Assembly: GCA_041395025.1 (NCBI GenBank)
Contig: JAWLBH010000001.1
Coordinates: 1,200,001-1,232,000, forward strand
Length of the DNA: 32,000 nt
Source: Chlamydiales bacterium
GTDB taxonomy: Bacteria; Chlamydiota; Chlamydiia; Chlamydiales; JAAKFR01
Direction: 5' to 3'
The notes beneath the pieces are model-generated. The model had not been told where the DNA came from. It saw only the letters and a program-made list of their open reading frames with translations, and did no database searches. Numbering within the stretch: position 1 is the first letter of the stretch; the number at the start of each line of letters is the position of its first letter. Made by a program: the position numbers and the translations under genes. Positions 10,309 to 18,977 of this stretch are shown one piece after another.

Positions 10309-10623
10309 TTAGATATGTTGATGTGTGGTACTAGATCCATTTCCAGAGACTAAAATAATAGCTGCTGCTCCAGCAATCGCTACTATGGCTACACCGATCG
10401 CACAAATAGAGATACCACATTTAGTTCCACAAATTGGAGCACACGGATCACATGAAATTTTCCGAGATGGATGGGAGCAATTGGATGAACAAGAAGAGCT
10501 ATTACATTCAGAAGAATGTTCATGAGGATAATGTTGGTCATGAGAATGAGGAGCATCAGCTCCTTTTACGGGCATTACAGATCCGATAATAAACACAGAC
10601 AAGAGCAAGACCATGGTTTTCAT
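10309..10623 (-). CDS. Small His/Cys-rich protein with signal peptide and C-terminal TM anchor (104 aa)
   Basis: GGAGA lies 7 nt upstream of the ATG at 10623. Signal peptide MKTMVLLLSVFIIGSVMPVKGA. A His cluster HSHDQHYPHEH is followed by 8 Cys, including SCDPCAPICGTKCG. The TM helix is ISICAIGVAIVAIAGAAAIILV, followed by the tail SGNGSSTTHQHI. The C-terminal 36 aa align with the 151-aa neighbour. Confidence 0.8.
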   Translation of the reverse strand: MKTMVLLLSVFIIGSVMPVKGADAPHSHDQHYPHEHSSECNSSSCSSNCSHPSRKISCDPCAPICGTKCGISICAIGVAIVAIAGAAAIILVSGNGSSTTHQHI

Positions 10624-10695
10624 AGTGCGGTCTCCATTTCTAAATTTTTTATCTTAAACATCGGAATGAGAAATCACTCCAAAACTAAGTAGCGG

Positions 10696-10724
10696 CTTAT
10701 AGCAGTTTTGAAATTTGCATGCAA
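10696..10724 (-). promoter_or_regulatory. Candidate sigma70/66-type promoter for the Cys-rich gene cluster
   Basis: The minus strand reads TTGCAT-17 nt-TATAAG, about 70 nt upstream of the ATG at 10623. The -35 match is only moderate. Confidence 0.3.
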
Positions 10725-10746
10725 CCCACAACAATGTGTTGTTTGA

Positions 10747-11223
10747 TTATTTAGTGATAGAAAAAGATTGAATCGATTTAAAGATACAAGGTGAAAGGGA
10801 AGCAAATTCTTCTTGTAGTGATGTTGCAGTAACAACATAAGCTTTACTATCCTTCAATATGACTGCTTGAATAAAACGGATATGACCCCATTGAGTCGTT
10901 TTGTCGATCTGGAGTAATTGAGCATTTCCTGCTTTCGTCTCAATCGTTCCTAATTGTTTGCATTGGCTATCTCCTTGTGCCTCATGATAGGATTTTGCGA
11001 GTGCTAAATATTTCTCAAGCTCAAGAGAAGTTTCTTCAGAAGCAATGTTCAGAGAGGGAGTAAATGGGGTTTTTCCTTTTCCAATATAGATTAAGGAGAC
11101 TTTTTGAGGAAGTTGTTCAGGATCACTCACACAATCCCAACCTTTTGGTGGAATGATAGAAAGATGTTCTGCTAAAAGCAGGCATTTTAAACAAAACAAA
11201 ATTAAAAAGAAAAAAAATCGCAT
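10747..11223 (-). CDS. Hypothetical secreted protein, possibly DcrB/PsbP-like (DUF1795-like) fold (about 158 aa)
   Basis: GGAGGA lies 7 nt upstream of the second ATG (11223), which gives MRFFFFLILFCLKCLLLAEH, a signal peptide. The mature region begins IPPKGWDCVSDPEQLP, and its alternating strand pattern resembles DcrB/PsbP-like periplasmic proteins. The family call is tentative. Confidence 0.7.
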   Translation of the reverse strand: MRFFFFLILFCLKCLLLAEHLSIIPPKGWDCVSDPEQLPQKVSLIYIGKGKTPFTPSLNIASEETSLELEKYLALAKSYHEAQGDSQCKQLGTIETKAGNAQLLQIDKTTQWGHIRFIQAVILKDSKAYVVTATSLQEEFASLSPCIFKSIQSFSITK

Positions 11224-11309
11224 CTTTATATCCTCCATTGTATTTCGAAATCATAAATATTTCATATCTAATTGAGCGACCTCATCATTTTTTTTGTGAG
11301 CATAAGTAT

Positions 11310-11338
11310 TTGAAACATAGAATAGACTTGAATATAAT
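11310..11338 (+). promoter_or_regulatory. Candidate sigma70/66-type promoter of the V-ATPase operon
   Basis: TTGAAA (11310-11315), an exactly 17-nt spacer, then TATAAT (11333-11338). It is on the plus strand, about 115 nt upstream of the atpE ATG, inside a 231-bp divergent intergenic region. Confidence 0.45.
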
Positions 11339-11454
11339 CCTATTTTTTGTAAAAACTCTTCTCTTTCTTTCAGAAAAACAAACTATTTGTTCAAAAAATA
11401 ATTTAGTGGATATTCTAAAGAAAAATCGAATAAATCGACTAAAGGTTTAAGATA

Positions 11455-12081
11455 ATGGAGAGATTAGAAACTGGCAAAGACAAAATTAAAAAGATTTGCG
11501 ACATTCTTAAGCATGAAACTTTGGAACCTGCTAAAAAAGAAGCTCAGCAGATTATAGAAGCTGCAGAAAAAGAAGCTCATCAGATCATTCGGGATGCGGA
11601 GATTAAATCTGAACAGATCCTCAGTGAAGCAAAAGCTAAAATTGAAAGAAAAAATGCCCTTTTTCACCATTCTCTTCTTCAAGCTCATCAGCAAAGTTTA
11701 GAAACATTAAGAGAAGAAATTTCTAATAATTTTTTTAATCATGAATTAGATGATTGGCTACAAAAAAATATAGTTGATCCAGAATTGGGGGCCAAATTAA
11801 TCAATGTCTTAATCAAAGCAATTGAGCAAGAAGGAATGAGTGTCGATTTTTCAGCCATCGTACCCACAAAAATTCCTGCAGAGAAGATTAATGCGATTTT
11901 AGGTAGAAGTATTTTGGAAAAATTGAGAGAGAATAGTGTGGTAGTTGGGGATTTTATTGGTGGGGTTCAAATTAAGCTTCATGATCGGAATTTGACACTT
12001 GATTTAAGTGATGAAGCTCTAAAAGAATTGATTGGAGGGTATATTCGAAAAGATTTCCGCGACATTCTCTTTGGGTCCTAA
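11455..12081 (+). CDS. atpE: V-type ATPase subunit E (208 aa)
   Basis: The N-terminal half is a Lys/Glu/Ala/Gln-rich coiled coil (KKEAQQIIEAAEKEAHQIIRDAEIKSEQILSEAKAKIERK), followed by a globular C-terminus typical of V/A-type peripheral-stalk subunit E. It is the first gene of the operon. Confidence 0.85.
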   Translation: MERLETGKDKIKKICDILKHETLEPAKKEAQQIIEAAEKEAHQIIRDAEIKSEQILSEAKAKIERKNALFHHSLLQAHQQSLETLREEISNNFFNHELDDWLQKNIVDPELGAKLINVLIKAIEQEGMSVDFSAIVPTKIPAEKINAILGRSILEKLRENSVVVGDFIGGVQIKLHDRNLTLDLSDEALKELIGGYIRKDFRDILFGS

Positions 12082-12090
12082 CGGAATAAA

Positions 12091-12885
12091 ATGACAGAGT
12101 ATTATTTTTTAGCAAGCCTTTTACCTCCTTTAGAAATAGGTCATCGTCCAGAACTAGGATTTTCTGATTTAAAAGAGCTATTATCAATGAATTTGACTCA
12201 AGAAGATCAAGGGCAAGTGCATCGGTTTCTTCGATTAATTGATATTGAAAATTTTCGTTCTTATTGGGCAGGAGAGACTTTAGACCCGAGGGGAAACCTC
12301 AATCAAGAAGAGATAGAAAGGGCTTTAGTCAATATGCAATGGTCTTTTGAGGAAGATTTTCCTTATTTCTTACAGGATTATTTAACTAAATACCATACCA
12401 ATGAGGAGAAGCTTCGCTATTTTTCTTTTCTTCTCAGTCAATTTTTTGAATTAAATATAAAAAACGAAGTTGGATTTCTAAAAGAATACTATCTTTTTCT
12501 CAAAGATCTTAGCCTAGTAATCGTTGGATTTCGAGCTAAAATATTAGGACGGAATTTAGCATTTGAACTTCAGTATGAGGATATATCAAATCCGATTGTT
12601 AGTGAAATTTTGGCACAAAAGGATGCAAAAACATATGAACCTCCTTTCGATTATAAAGAATTAAAATCCATTTTTGATAACAATAAGAACTCTCCTGAAA
12701 GTTTGCATAAAATGCTGATGGAATATCAATGTAATAAGATTATTGAGTTCTGGGGAGGAGCAGTATTTAATCTGGATCGTATTCTAAACTACATGGCCCG
12801 TTTGATTTTAGTAGAAAGATGGCTTGAACTTGATGTTCAAAACGGGATAGAGATAATAGACACCATTGAGAGGGAAATAGAATGA
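12091..12885 (+). CDS. V-ATPase operon protein, DUF2764-like (possible divergent C/d-subunit equivalent; 264 aa)
   Basis: It sits between E and A, and its stop overlaps the atpA start (ATGA at 12882-12885), which implies translational coupling. The position matches the uncharacterised ORF in chlamydial (CT309, from memory) and Bacteroidetes V-ATPase operons. The functional assignment is inferred from context only. Confidence 0.75.
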   Translation: MTEYYFLASLLPPLEIGHRPELGFSDLKELLSMNLTQEDQGQVHRFLRLIDIENFRSYWAGETLDPRGNLNQEEIERALVNMQWSFEEDFPYFLQDYLTKYHTNEEKLRYFSFLLSQFFELNIKNEVGFLKEYYLFLKDLSLVIVGFRAKILGRNLAFELQYEDISNPIVSEILAQKDAKTYEPPFDYKELKSIFDNNKNSPESLHKMLMEYQCNKIIEFWGGAVFNLDRILNYMARLILVERWLELDVQNGIEIIDTIEREIE

Positions 12886-14660
12886 TCAATGAAGAAAAAA
12901 TCGTTTCAAAAGCGACTGGTCATGTTGTACGTGCTTTTGGGAACTTGCTAAAAGTAAAATTCAAAGGTCATGTGCGACAAGGTGAAGTAGCTTTTGTTGA
13001 AGTTGGAGAGGCTCAACTTAAAGCTGAAGTTATTGAAATTTTAGGTGATGAGGTTAAAATTCAGGTTTATGAAGATACATGGGGAATAGAGTTAAACACT
13101 CCAGTTAGATTTACAGGAGAGCTTTTGGAAGCTGAATTAGGACCTGGTTTATTGAAGTCAATATTTGATGGTTTACAAAATCCTCTTGAAGTGGTTGCTG
13201 AGAAGTCTGGCTATTTTCTTCCACGTGGTCTTTATGCTCCTGCAATCGATCGTGAAAAAGACTGGGAATATCAACCTATTGCAAAAGTTGGGGCTGTTCT
13301 TAAGCGTGGAGATACTCTTGGAATTACCATGGAAGAGCGTTTTGAGCATCATATTATGATTCCTTTTTCTTTTTTTGGTAAAGTCACGCTAACTTGGGTG
13401 ATTGCCCCAGGTCGTTACCCTGTTGACACAACTGTTGCTCGTGGAAAAGGAGAGAGAGGGGAAGAACATCTCTTTAGTATGATTCAAAAGTGGCCAATCA
13501 AGATGGAGCTTTTTGAGGGTGAAAAAATCAAACCTAAAAAAATGATGAACACTGGATTGCGGATTATAGATACGCAAATTCCTATTATGAAAGGAGGCAC
13601 TTTTTGTACTCCTGGTCCATTTGGTGCAGGGAAAACAGTTTTACAACATCATCTTTCAAAATATGCAGCTGTGGACATTGTAGTTTTATGTGCATGTGGA
13701 GAGCGTGCTGGAGAAGTTGTAGAAGTTTTACAAGAGTTTCCTAAGTTAACCGATCCACACACAAATCAACCGCTCATTAATCGGACTTGTATTATTTGTA
13801 ATACCTCTTCTATGCCTGTATCAGCTCGTGAATCTTCGATTTATATGGGCATTACCATTGCTGAATATTATCGACAAATGGGGTTAGATATTCTCTTACT
13901 TACAGACTCAACTTCACGTTGGGCTCAGGCACTTAGAGAGATGTCTGGTCGTTTAGAGGAAATTCCTGGAGAAGAAGCTTTCCCTGCTTATTTATCTTCT
14001 AGGATTTCAGCTTTCTATGAAAGAAGCGGTGTTGTGGCATTAAAGAGTGGTAAATATGGTTCAGTAACAATTTGTGGGGCAGTTTCCCCTGCAGGTGGAA
14101 GTTTTGAAGAACCAGTGACTCAATCAACACTTGCCGTTGTTGGGGCGTTTTGTGGTTTGTCTAAGGCTCGTTCGGATGCACGTCGATATCCTTCCATTGA
14201 TAGTTTGATTTCTTGGTCTAAATATGTCAATGATGTGTCAAAACAAATTGAAGAAGAGACTGAGGGATGGGGAGCTATGGTTAAACAAGCTGATGAGATT
14301 TTAATTGAGGGAAGTGAAATTGGAAAACGTATGGAAGTTGTAGGTGAGGAAGGCGTTTCAATTGAAGATATGACAATTCATTTAAAAGCTGAGCTTTATG
14401 ATTTCTGTTATTTACAACAAAATGCTTTTGATCGAGTAGATGCTTATTGCCCTTTGAATCGTCAAATTTCCCTTTTTAAGTTAATGAATCATATTTTTGA
14501 GATGCCATTTGAGTTTAATAGTCGGGATAGAGCTCGAACATTTTTTCTTCAACTACAGAGTAAAATCAAATCTATGAATTCGATTATTTTTGAAACAGAT
14601 CGATACAAACAATCCCTTTCTGAAATCCAAGAATTGATTGAAACAGTAAGGAAAATATGA
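12882..14660 (+). CDS. atpA: V-type ATPase catalytic subunit A (592 aa)
   Basis: Walker [21 protein letters not shown], Walker B region [35 protein letters not shown], and the non-homologous insert typical of V/A-type A subunits. Confidence 0.97.
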   Translation: MINEEKIVSKATGHVVRAFGNLLKVKFKGHVRQGEVAFVEVGEAQLKAEVIEILGDEVKIQVYEDTWGIELNTPVRFTGELLEAELGPGLLKSIFDGLQNPLEVVAEKSGYFLPRGLYAPAIDREKDWEYQPIAKVGAVLKRGDTLGITMEERFEHHIMIPFSFFGKVTLTWVIAPGRYPVDTTVARGKGERGEEHLFSMIQKWPIKMELFEGEKIKPKKMMNTGLRIIDTQIPIMKGGTFCTPGPFGAGKTVLQHHLSKYAAVDIVVLCACGERAGEVVEVLQEFPKLTDPHTNQPLINRTCIICNTSSMPVSARESSIYMGITIAEYYRQMGLDILLLTDSTSRWAQALREMSGRLEEIPGEEAFPAYLSSRISAFYERSGVVALKSGKYGSVTICGAVSPAGGSFEEPVTQSTLAVVGAFCGLSKARSDARRYPSIDSLISWSKYVNDVSKQIEEETEGWGAMVKQADEILIEGSEIGKRMEVVGEEGVSIEDMTIHLKAELYDFCYLQQNAFDRVDAYCPLNRQISLFKLMNHIFEMPFEFNSRDRARTFFLQLQSKIKSMNSIIFETDRYKQSLSEIQELIETVRKI

Positions 14661-15955
14661 AAACTGTGCATGATAGAATTAATAATATCCGTGGTAACTT
14701 AGTGACTGTAACAGCAGTAGGAGCTTTTTTAGGGGAATTGGCTCAAATTGAAAGAAAAGATAGAAGTCCTATCTATGCTTCTGTTTTGCAAATTGAAGGA
14801 GATCGAGTGACTCTACAGGTATTTGGAGGAACTCGAGGGATCTCAACAGGGGATAAAGTGGTTTTTTGTAAGCGACGCATGGAAGCCACATTTGGAGATC
14901 ATCTTTTAGGACGACGTCTGAACGGTACTGGTCAGCCCATTGACAAAGGTCCTAAAATTCAAGGAAAAAAAATAGCCATTGGCCAGTCTTCTTTTAATCC
15001 AGTGTGTCGTACCGTTCCTCATGAGATGGTACGTACTAATATTCCGATGATTGATGTTTTTAATTGTCTTGTTAAGTCACAAAAAATTCCCATTTTTTCT
15101 GTCGCAGGTGAACCCTACAATCAGTTACTGATGCGGATTGCAAATCAAACCGATGCTGATGTTGTAGTAATTGGAGGCATGGGTCTGACTTTTGCTGATT
15201 ATCAGATGTTTGTTGATCATGTGGAAAATTCAGGTTCAGCGGAGAAAACGGTCATGTTTATCCATAGAGCAGTTGATCCTCCTGTAGAATGCTTACTTGC
15301 TCCTGATATTGCTTTAACCACTGCTGAACAATTCGCCATTCAAGGCAAGGATGTGTTGGTATTGCTGACAGATATGACGGCTTTTGCTGATGCAATTAAG
15401 GAGATTTCAATTACGATGGACCAGATTCCTGCAAATCGTGGTTATCCTGGTTCTCTCTATTCTGATCTTGCTTCTCGTTATGAAAAAGCGGTAGATATTG
15501 CAGATAGTGGGTCGATTACCTTGATGAGTGTGACTACTATGCCTGGAGATGATGTGACACATCCGGTTCCTGATAATACAGGCTATATTACAGAAGGGCA
15601 ATTCTATCTCCGTGGTGGACATATTGACCCATTTGGCTCACTCTCTCGTTTGAAACAGCAAGTGATTGGAAAGGTAACTCGAGAAGATCATGGAGACATT
15701 GCTAATGCATTGATTCGTTTATACGCGGATTCTAAAAAAGCAAAAGAACGTCAAGCCATGGGGTTTAAAATTTTGCGTTGGGATGAAAAGCTGCTGAATT
15801 TTGCGAGTGATTTTGAAAAGAAAATGATGAATCTTGAAGTCAATATTACTCTTGAAGAAGCGTTGGATTTAGGATGGAAAATTTTATCAGATTGTTTTCA
15901 AAGGCATGAAGTTGGCATTAAGCAGAGTTTAGTCGATAAATATTGGGCAGGTTAA
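14657..15955 (+). CDS. atpB: V-type ATPase subunit B (432 aa)
   Basis: ATGA overlap with atpA. Motifs [14 protein letters not shown] (degenerate P-loop of the non-catalytic subunit), [19 protein letters not shown] and [16 protein letters not shown]. Confidence 0.96.
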   Translation: MKTVHDRINNIRGNLVTVTAVGAFLGELAQIERKDRSPIYASVLQIEGDRVTLQVFGGTRGISTGDKVVFCKRRMEATFGDHLLGRRLNGTGQPIDKGPKIQGKKIAIGQSSFNPVCRTVPHEMVRTNIPMIDVFNCLVKSQKIPIFSVAGEPYNQLLMRIANQTDADVVVIGGMGLTFADYQMFVDHVENSGSAEKTVMFIHRAVDPPVECLLAPDIALTTAEQFAIQGKDVLVLLTDMTAFADAIKEISITMDQIPANRGYPGSLYSDLASRYEKAVDIADSGSITLMSVTTMPGDDVTHPVPDNTGYITEGQFYLRGGHIDPFGSLSRLKQQVIGKVTREDHGDIANALIRLYADSKKAKERQAMGFKILRWDEKLLNFASDFEKKMMNLEVNITLEEALDLGWKILSDCFQRHEVGIKQSLVDKYWAG

Positions 15956-16019
15956 TCTCTAGCATAAACATGAAACTAACTTATATTTTGGGATTTACGA
16001 AAAAATGATTTGTATTTAA

Positions 16020-16631
16020 ATGGCAGTAGTAAAATTAACAAAAAATCAGTTACGACTTGAACAAATTCAGCTATCTCAGCTCGAAAAGTACCTTCCTACT
16101 CTTCAACTAAAGAAAGCGATGTTACAGACAGTAGTGCAGGAGGTGCGTACAGAGATTTTATTATTACAGAATCATTTTCATGAGTCTCGTTTAATTGCGA
16201 CCCAATCCGCTGGGTTGTTAAATGAGCGGTTGGGCTTGAATTTTAAGTTAGCAGGCAAAGTGAAACAAGTTGAAAAGGTGTATGAAAATATAGCCGGAGT
16301 TGAGATACCTGTTTACAAAGATATTGAATTTGAGCCATTTGAGTATTCTCTTTTTGGTACACCAGCATGGATAGATGGAGTAGTTAATGAGTTGAGAATG
16401 ATGGTTATTGCGCGAATTAAAGTATTGATTGCTGAGGAAAAGAAGAGAGCTCTTGAAAAGGAATTGCAAGAAGTTTCTATTCGTGTCAATCTTTTTGAAA
16501 AAAGTCTGATTCCTAAAGCTAAAAAAAATATTAAAAGAATCAAGGTTTTCTTGGGAGACCAGGAACTGACAGCAATTGGACAGGCTAAAGTGGCTAAAGC
16601 TAAGCTAGAGCAGAGGAAAAATGCGCATTGA
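16020..16631 (+). CDS. atpD: V-type ATPase subunit D (central stalk, 203 aa)
   Basis: Long coiled-coil N- and C-termini (LTKNQLRLEQIQLSQLEKYLPTLQLKKAML ... RALEKELQEVSIRVNLFEK) typical of subunit D. Its position follows B, and it overlaps atpI by 11 nt. Confidence 0.9.
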   Translation: MAVVKLTKNQLRLEQIQLSQLEKYLPTLQLKKAMLQTVVQEVRTEILLLQNHFHESRLIATQSAGLLNERLGLNFKLAGKVKQVEKVYENIAGVEIPVYKDIEFEPFEYSLFGTPAWIDGVVNELRMMVIARIKVLIAEEKKRALEKELQEVSIRVNLFEKSLIPKAKKNIKRIKVFLGDQELTAIGQAKVAKAKLEQRKNAH

Positions 16632-18540
16632 TATTAATAAATATCTTTTGATGGGCCCTATGAGCATGCGAGACCAGTGTTTTCAAGAGATTCAAAAATT
16701 AGGAATCATGGATTTTATTGCTGACAAATCATCTCGATTACAGACTTCACCGGAAATTCAGAATTTCATAGATGCGCTTCATATCTTACATCGTATGGTG
16801 CCTGTGAAGCAAGAATCTGTTCATGATGATCGCTCAGCTCCTGTTTTAGCCCATCATGTGATTGAAAGAAACCGTGAGTTAGAAGCACTTCAAGAAAAAG
16901 TTCGTGTTTTAGAAAAAGAGATGAGTCGGATTGAAATTTTTGGGAATTTTTTACTCTCTGATCTTGCAGATATTACACAACAAACTGGATGGATTTTTCA
17001 GTTTTTTTTCGCTAAAACAAGTCAATCATTAGAGGCTCCTAAAGATTCTAGAGTCATTTTTATTGATCATGCTCATGGACTTGATTATTTCATTGCAATA
17101 AATAAACAACCTACGAGTTATCACGGTTTTGTCGAAATTATTATCGAGCATTCTGTTGGGGATCTTAAGGATGAGATTGCTCAAGCGAAGCGATACATTG
17201 ATGAGTATGAGACTGAATTAGCCATGCTTGCTCACAACAAAAAAGTATTGAAACGAGGACTCGTTACTGCTTTAAATCACTATCATCTTGAAGAAGCAAA
17301 AGCAGATCTCAAATCTCTTTTAGAGGGAGAGATGTTTGCAATTGAAGGATGGATTCCAAAGAACAAAATTGCAATTTTAAAAAAATTTGCTAACGAATTT
17401 AATATTTATATTGAGCCAATTCAGATTGAAGTAGAGGATAAAGTCCCTACCTATTTAGAAAATAAGGGATCTGCGCGTCTTGGTCAAGATTTAATCAGCA
17501 TCTATGATACTCCTTCAAGTACAGATAAAGACCCCTCGCTTTGGGTGTTTATTGCTTTTGGGGTATTTTTTTCTATGATTCTTGCTGATGCTGGATATGG
17601 ACTACTCTTATTTGGATTGTCGCTCTTTTGCTATTTTAAATTTGGGAAAAAAACCGCAGGTTTGACTAAGCGAATCACCTTATTAATGATGAGTTTATCG
17701 ATTGGAAGTATCCTCTGGGGAGTCATGTTAACTTCATTTTTTGGGATTGAACTTGAGTTTGATAACAAATTACGCCATCTCTCTCTTATCAATTGGATGG
17801 TTGAACAAAAAGCAGATTATCTACTTAGCCATCATCCAAAAGCTTATATGGATCTTATTGATGAATACCCTAATTTGAAGACAGCAAAGACACCTGAGCA
17901 GTTTTTGATTGGTGTTAAACGAGATCAAGAAGGGATGGGAAGATATTTAATTTATGATACTTTTAATAAAAATGTTTTAATTGAATTAGCAATTTTTGTC
18001 GGTACTATTCATATTATCCTCTCATTTGTACGTTATTTAGATCGAAATTGGGCGGGTTTAGGTTGGATTCTTTTTATGATAGGAGCTTATCTTTATTTTC
18101 CAATTGTTTTAGGTGCTTTATCAATGATTCATTATATCTTTCATATTCCCTATGAGGTAGGGGGAGAAGTTGGAAAATATATTCTTTTTATTGGTTTGGG
18201 TCTCACTGTAATTTTGGCTTTAATTCAAAAAAGATTGCAAGGTCTTGGCGAAATTATGCATGTCATTGAAGTATTCGCAGACGTGATGTCTTATCTGCGG
18301 ATTTATGCGCTTTCACTTGCAGGTATGATTATGGGAGCTACTTTTAATCAAATTGGAACCTCTATGCCCATCTATATCGGGATTTTTGTTATGATCGCTG
18401 GCCATGCGATTAATATTACTTTAGCAATTATGGGAGGAGTGATCCATGGGTTACGTCTGAATTTTATTGAATGGTATCACTATAGTTTTGATGGTGGAGG
18501 GAAAGAATTTTGTCCTTTAAAAATGATTAAATTAGATTAG
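16621..18540 (+). CDS. atpI: V-type ATPase subunit I/a (membrane stator, 639 aa)
   Basis: A soluble N-terminal half of about 300 aa precedes a multi-TM C-terminal half. It contains SYLRIYALSLAG (the essential Arg of a-subunits, cf. SYLRLWALSLAH in eukaryotic Vph1) and GVIHGLRLNFIEW. Confidence 0.93.
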   Translation: MRIDINKYLLMGPMSMRDQCFQEIQKLGIMDFIADKSSRLQTSPEIQNFIDALHILHRMVPVKQESVHDDRSAPVLAHHVIERNRELEALQEKVRVLEKEMSRIEIFGNFLLSDLADITQQTGWIFQFFFAKTSQSLEAPKDSRVIFIDHAHGLDYFIAINKQPTSYHGFVEIIIEHSVGDLKDEIAQAKRYIDEYETELAMLAHNKKVLKRGLVTALNHYHLEEAKADLKSLLEGEMFAIEGWIPKNKIAILKKFANEFNIYIEPIQIEVEDKVPTYLENKGSARLGQDLISIYDTPSSTDKDPSLWVFIAFGVFFSMILADAGYGLLLFGLSLFCYFKFGKKTAGLTKRITLLMMSLSIGSILWGVMLTSFFGIELEFDNKLRHLSLINWMVEQKADYLLSHHPKAYMDLIDEYPNLKTAKTPEQFLIGVKRDQEGMGRYLIYDTFNKNVLIELAIFVGTIHIILSFVRYLDRNWAGLGWILFMIGAYLYFPIVLGALSMIHYIFHIPYEVGGEVGKYILFIGLGLTVILALIQKRLQGLGEIMHVIEVFADVMSYLRIYALSLAGMIMGATFNQIGTSMPIYIGIFVMIAGHAINITLAIMGGVIHGLRLNFIEWYHYSFDGGGKEFCPLKMIKLD

Positions 18541-18550
18541 GAGAATAAAT

Positions 18551-18973
18551 ATGAATTATGATGTTGTTGGGCCAGCTCTTGTCCTTGGACTCGCAATGAT
18601 TGGCAGTTCATTTGGATGCGGAATTGCTGGAATGGCTTCCCATGCTATAATGGCTCGTATTGATGAGGGACATGGCAAGATGATCGGCATGTCTGCGATG
18701 CCATCATCGCAAGCAATTTATGGATTTATTCTGATGCTTCTTATGAATGGAGCCATTAAAGAGCAGTCTCTTTCTCCCTTAGGAGGTATTGCGATTGGAA
18801 TTTCAGTAGGTTTTGCTTTGCTCTTCTCATCTGTGATGCAAGGAAAATGTTGTGCAACTGGGATTCAAGCTTCAGCAAAACAGCCATCCATTTATGGAAA
18901 GTGTTATGCTGCGATTGGGATTGTCGAATCTTTTTCTCTTTTTTCCTTTGTATTCGCGTTACTTTTGATTTAG
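18551..18973 (+). CDS. atpK: V-type ATPase proteolipid subunit K/c (4-TM, 140 aa)
   Basis: It is a duplicated hairpin proteolipid. The first hairpin has Gln (MPSSQAIYGF) where a carboxylate would sit, and the second carries the ion-binding Glu (AIGIVESFSLF). It aligns by eye with Enterococcus hirae NtpK, recalled from memory. Confidence 0.93.
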   Translation: MNYDVVGPALVLGLAMIGSSFGCGIAGMASHAIMARIDEGHGKMIGMSAMPSSQAIYGFILMLLMNGAIKEQSLSPLGGIAIGISVGFALLFSSVMQGKCCATGIQASAKQPSIYGKCYAAIGIVESFSLFSFVFALLLI

Positions 18974-18977
18974 AACT

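Noticed and set aside
10325-10525. 66-aa plus-strand ORF antisense to the 104-aa His/Cys-rich gene
   Set aside because: It has no SD, no signal and no recognisable features. The minus-strand ORF has a GGAGA SD, a signal peptide and a paralog next door. Open antisense frames are expected in Ala/Gly/Ile-rich TM coding sequence.
9833-10623. Inc (inclusion membrane) protein identity for the two Cys-rich proteins
   Set aside because: Inc proteins typically have a bilobed hydrophobic domain of about 40-60 aa and no cleavable Sec signal. These have a single C-terminal helix of about 22 aa plus an N-terminal signal peptide.
11238-11450. 70-aa plus-strand ORF filling the intergenic region upstream of atpE
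   Set aside because: It starts exactly at the end of the divergent gene. It has low-complexity AT-driven composition (Ile/Phe/Lys/Asn), no SD, and it contains the TTGAAA-17-TATAAT promoter. It is most likely non-coding promoter DNA.
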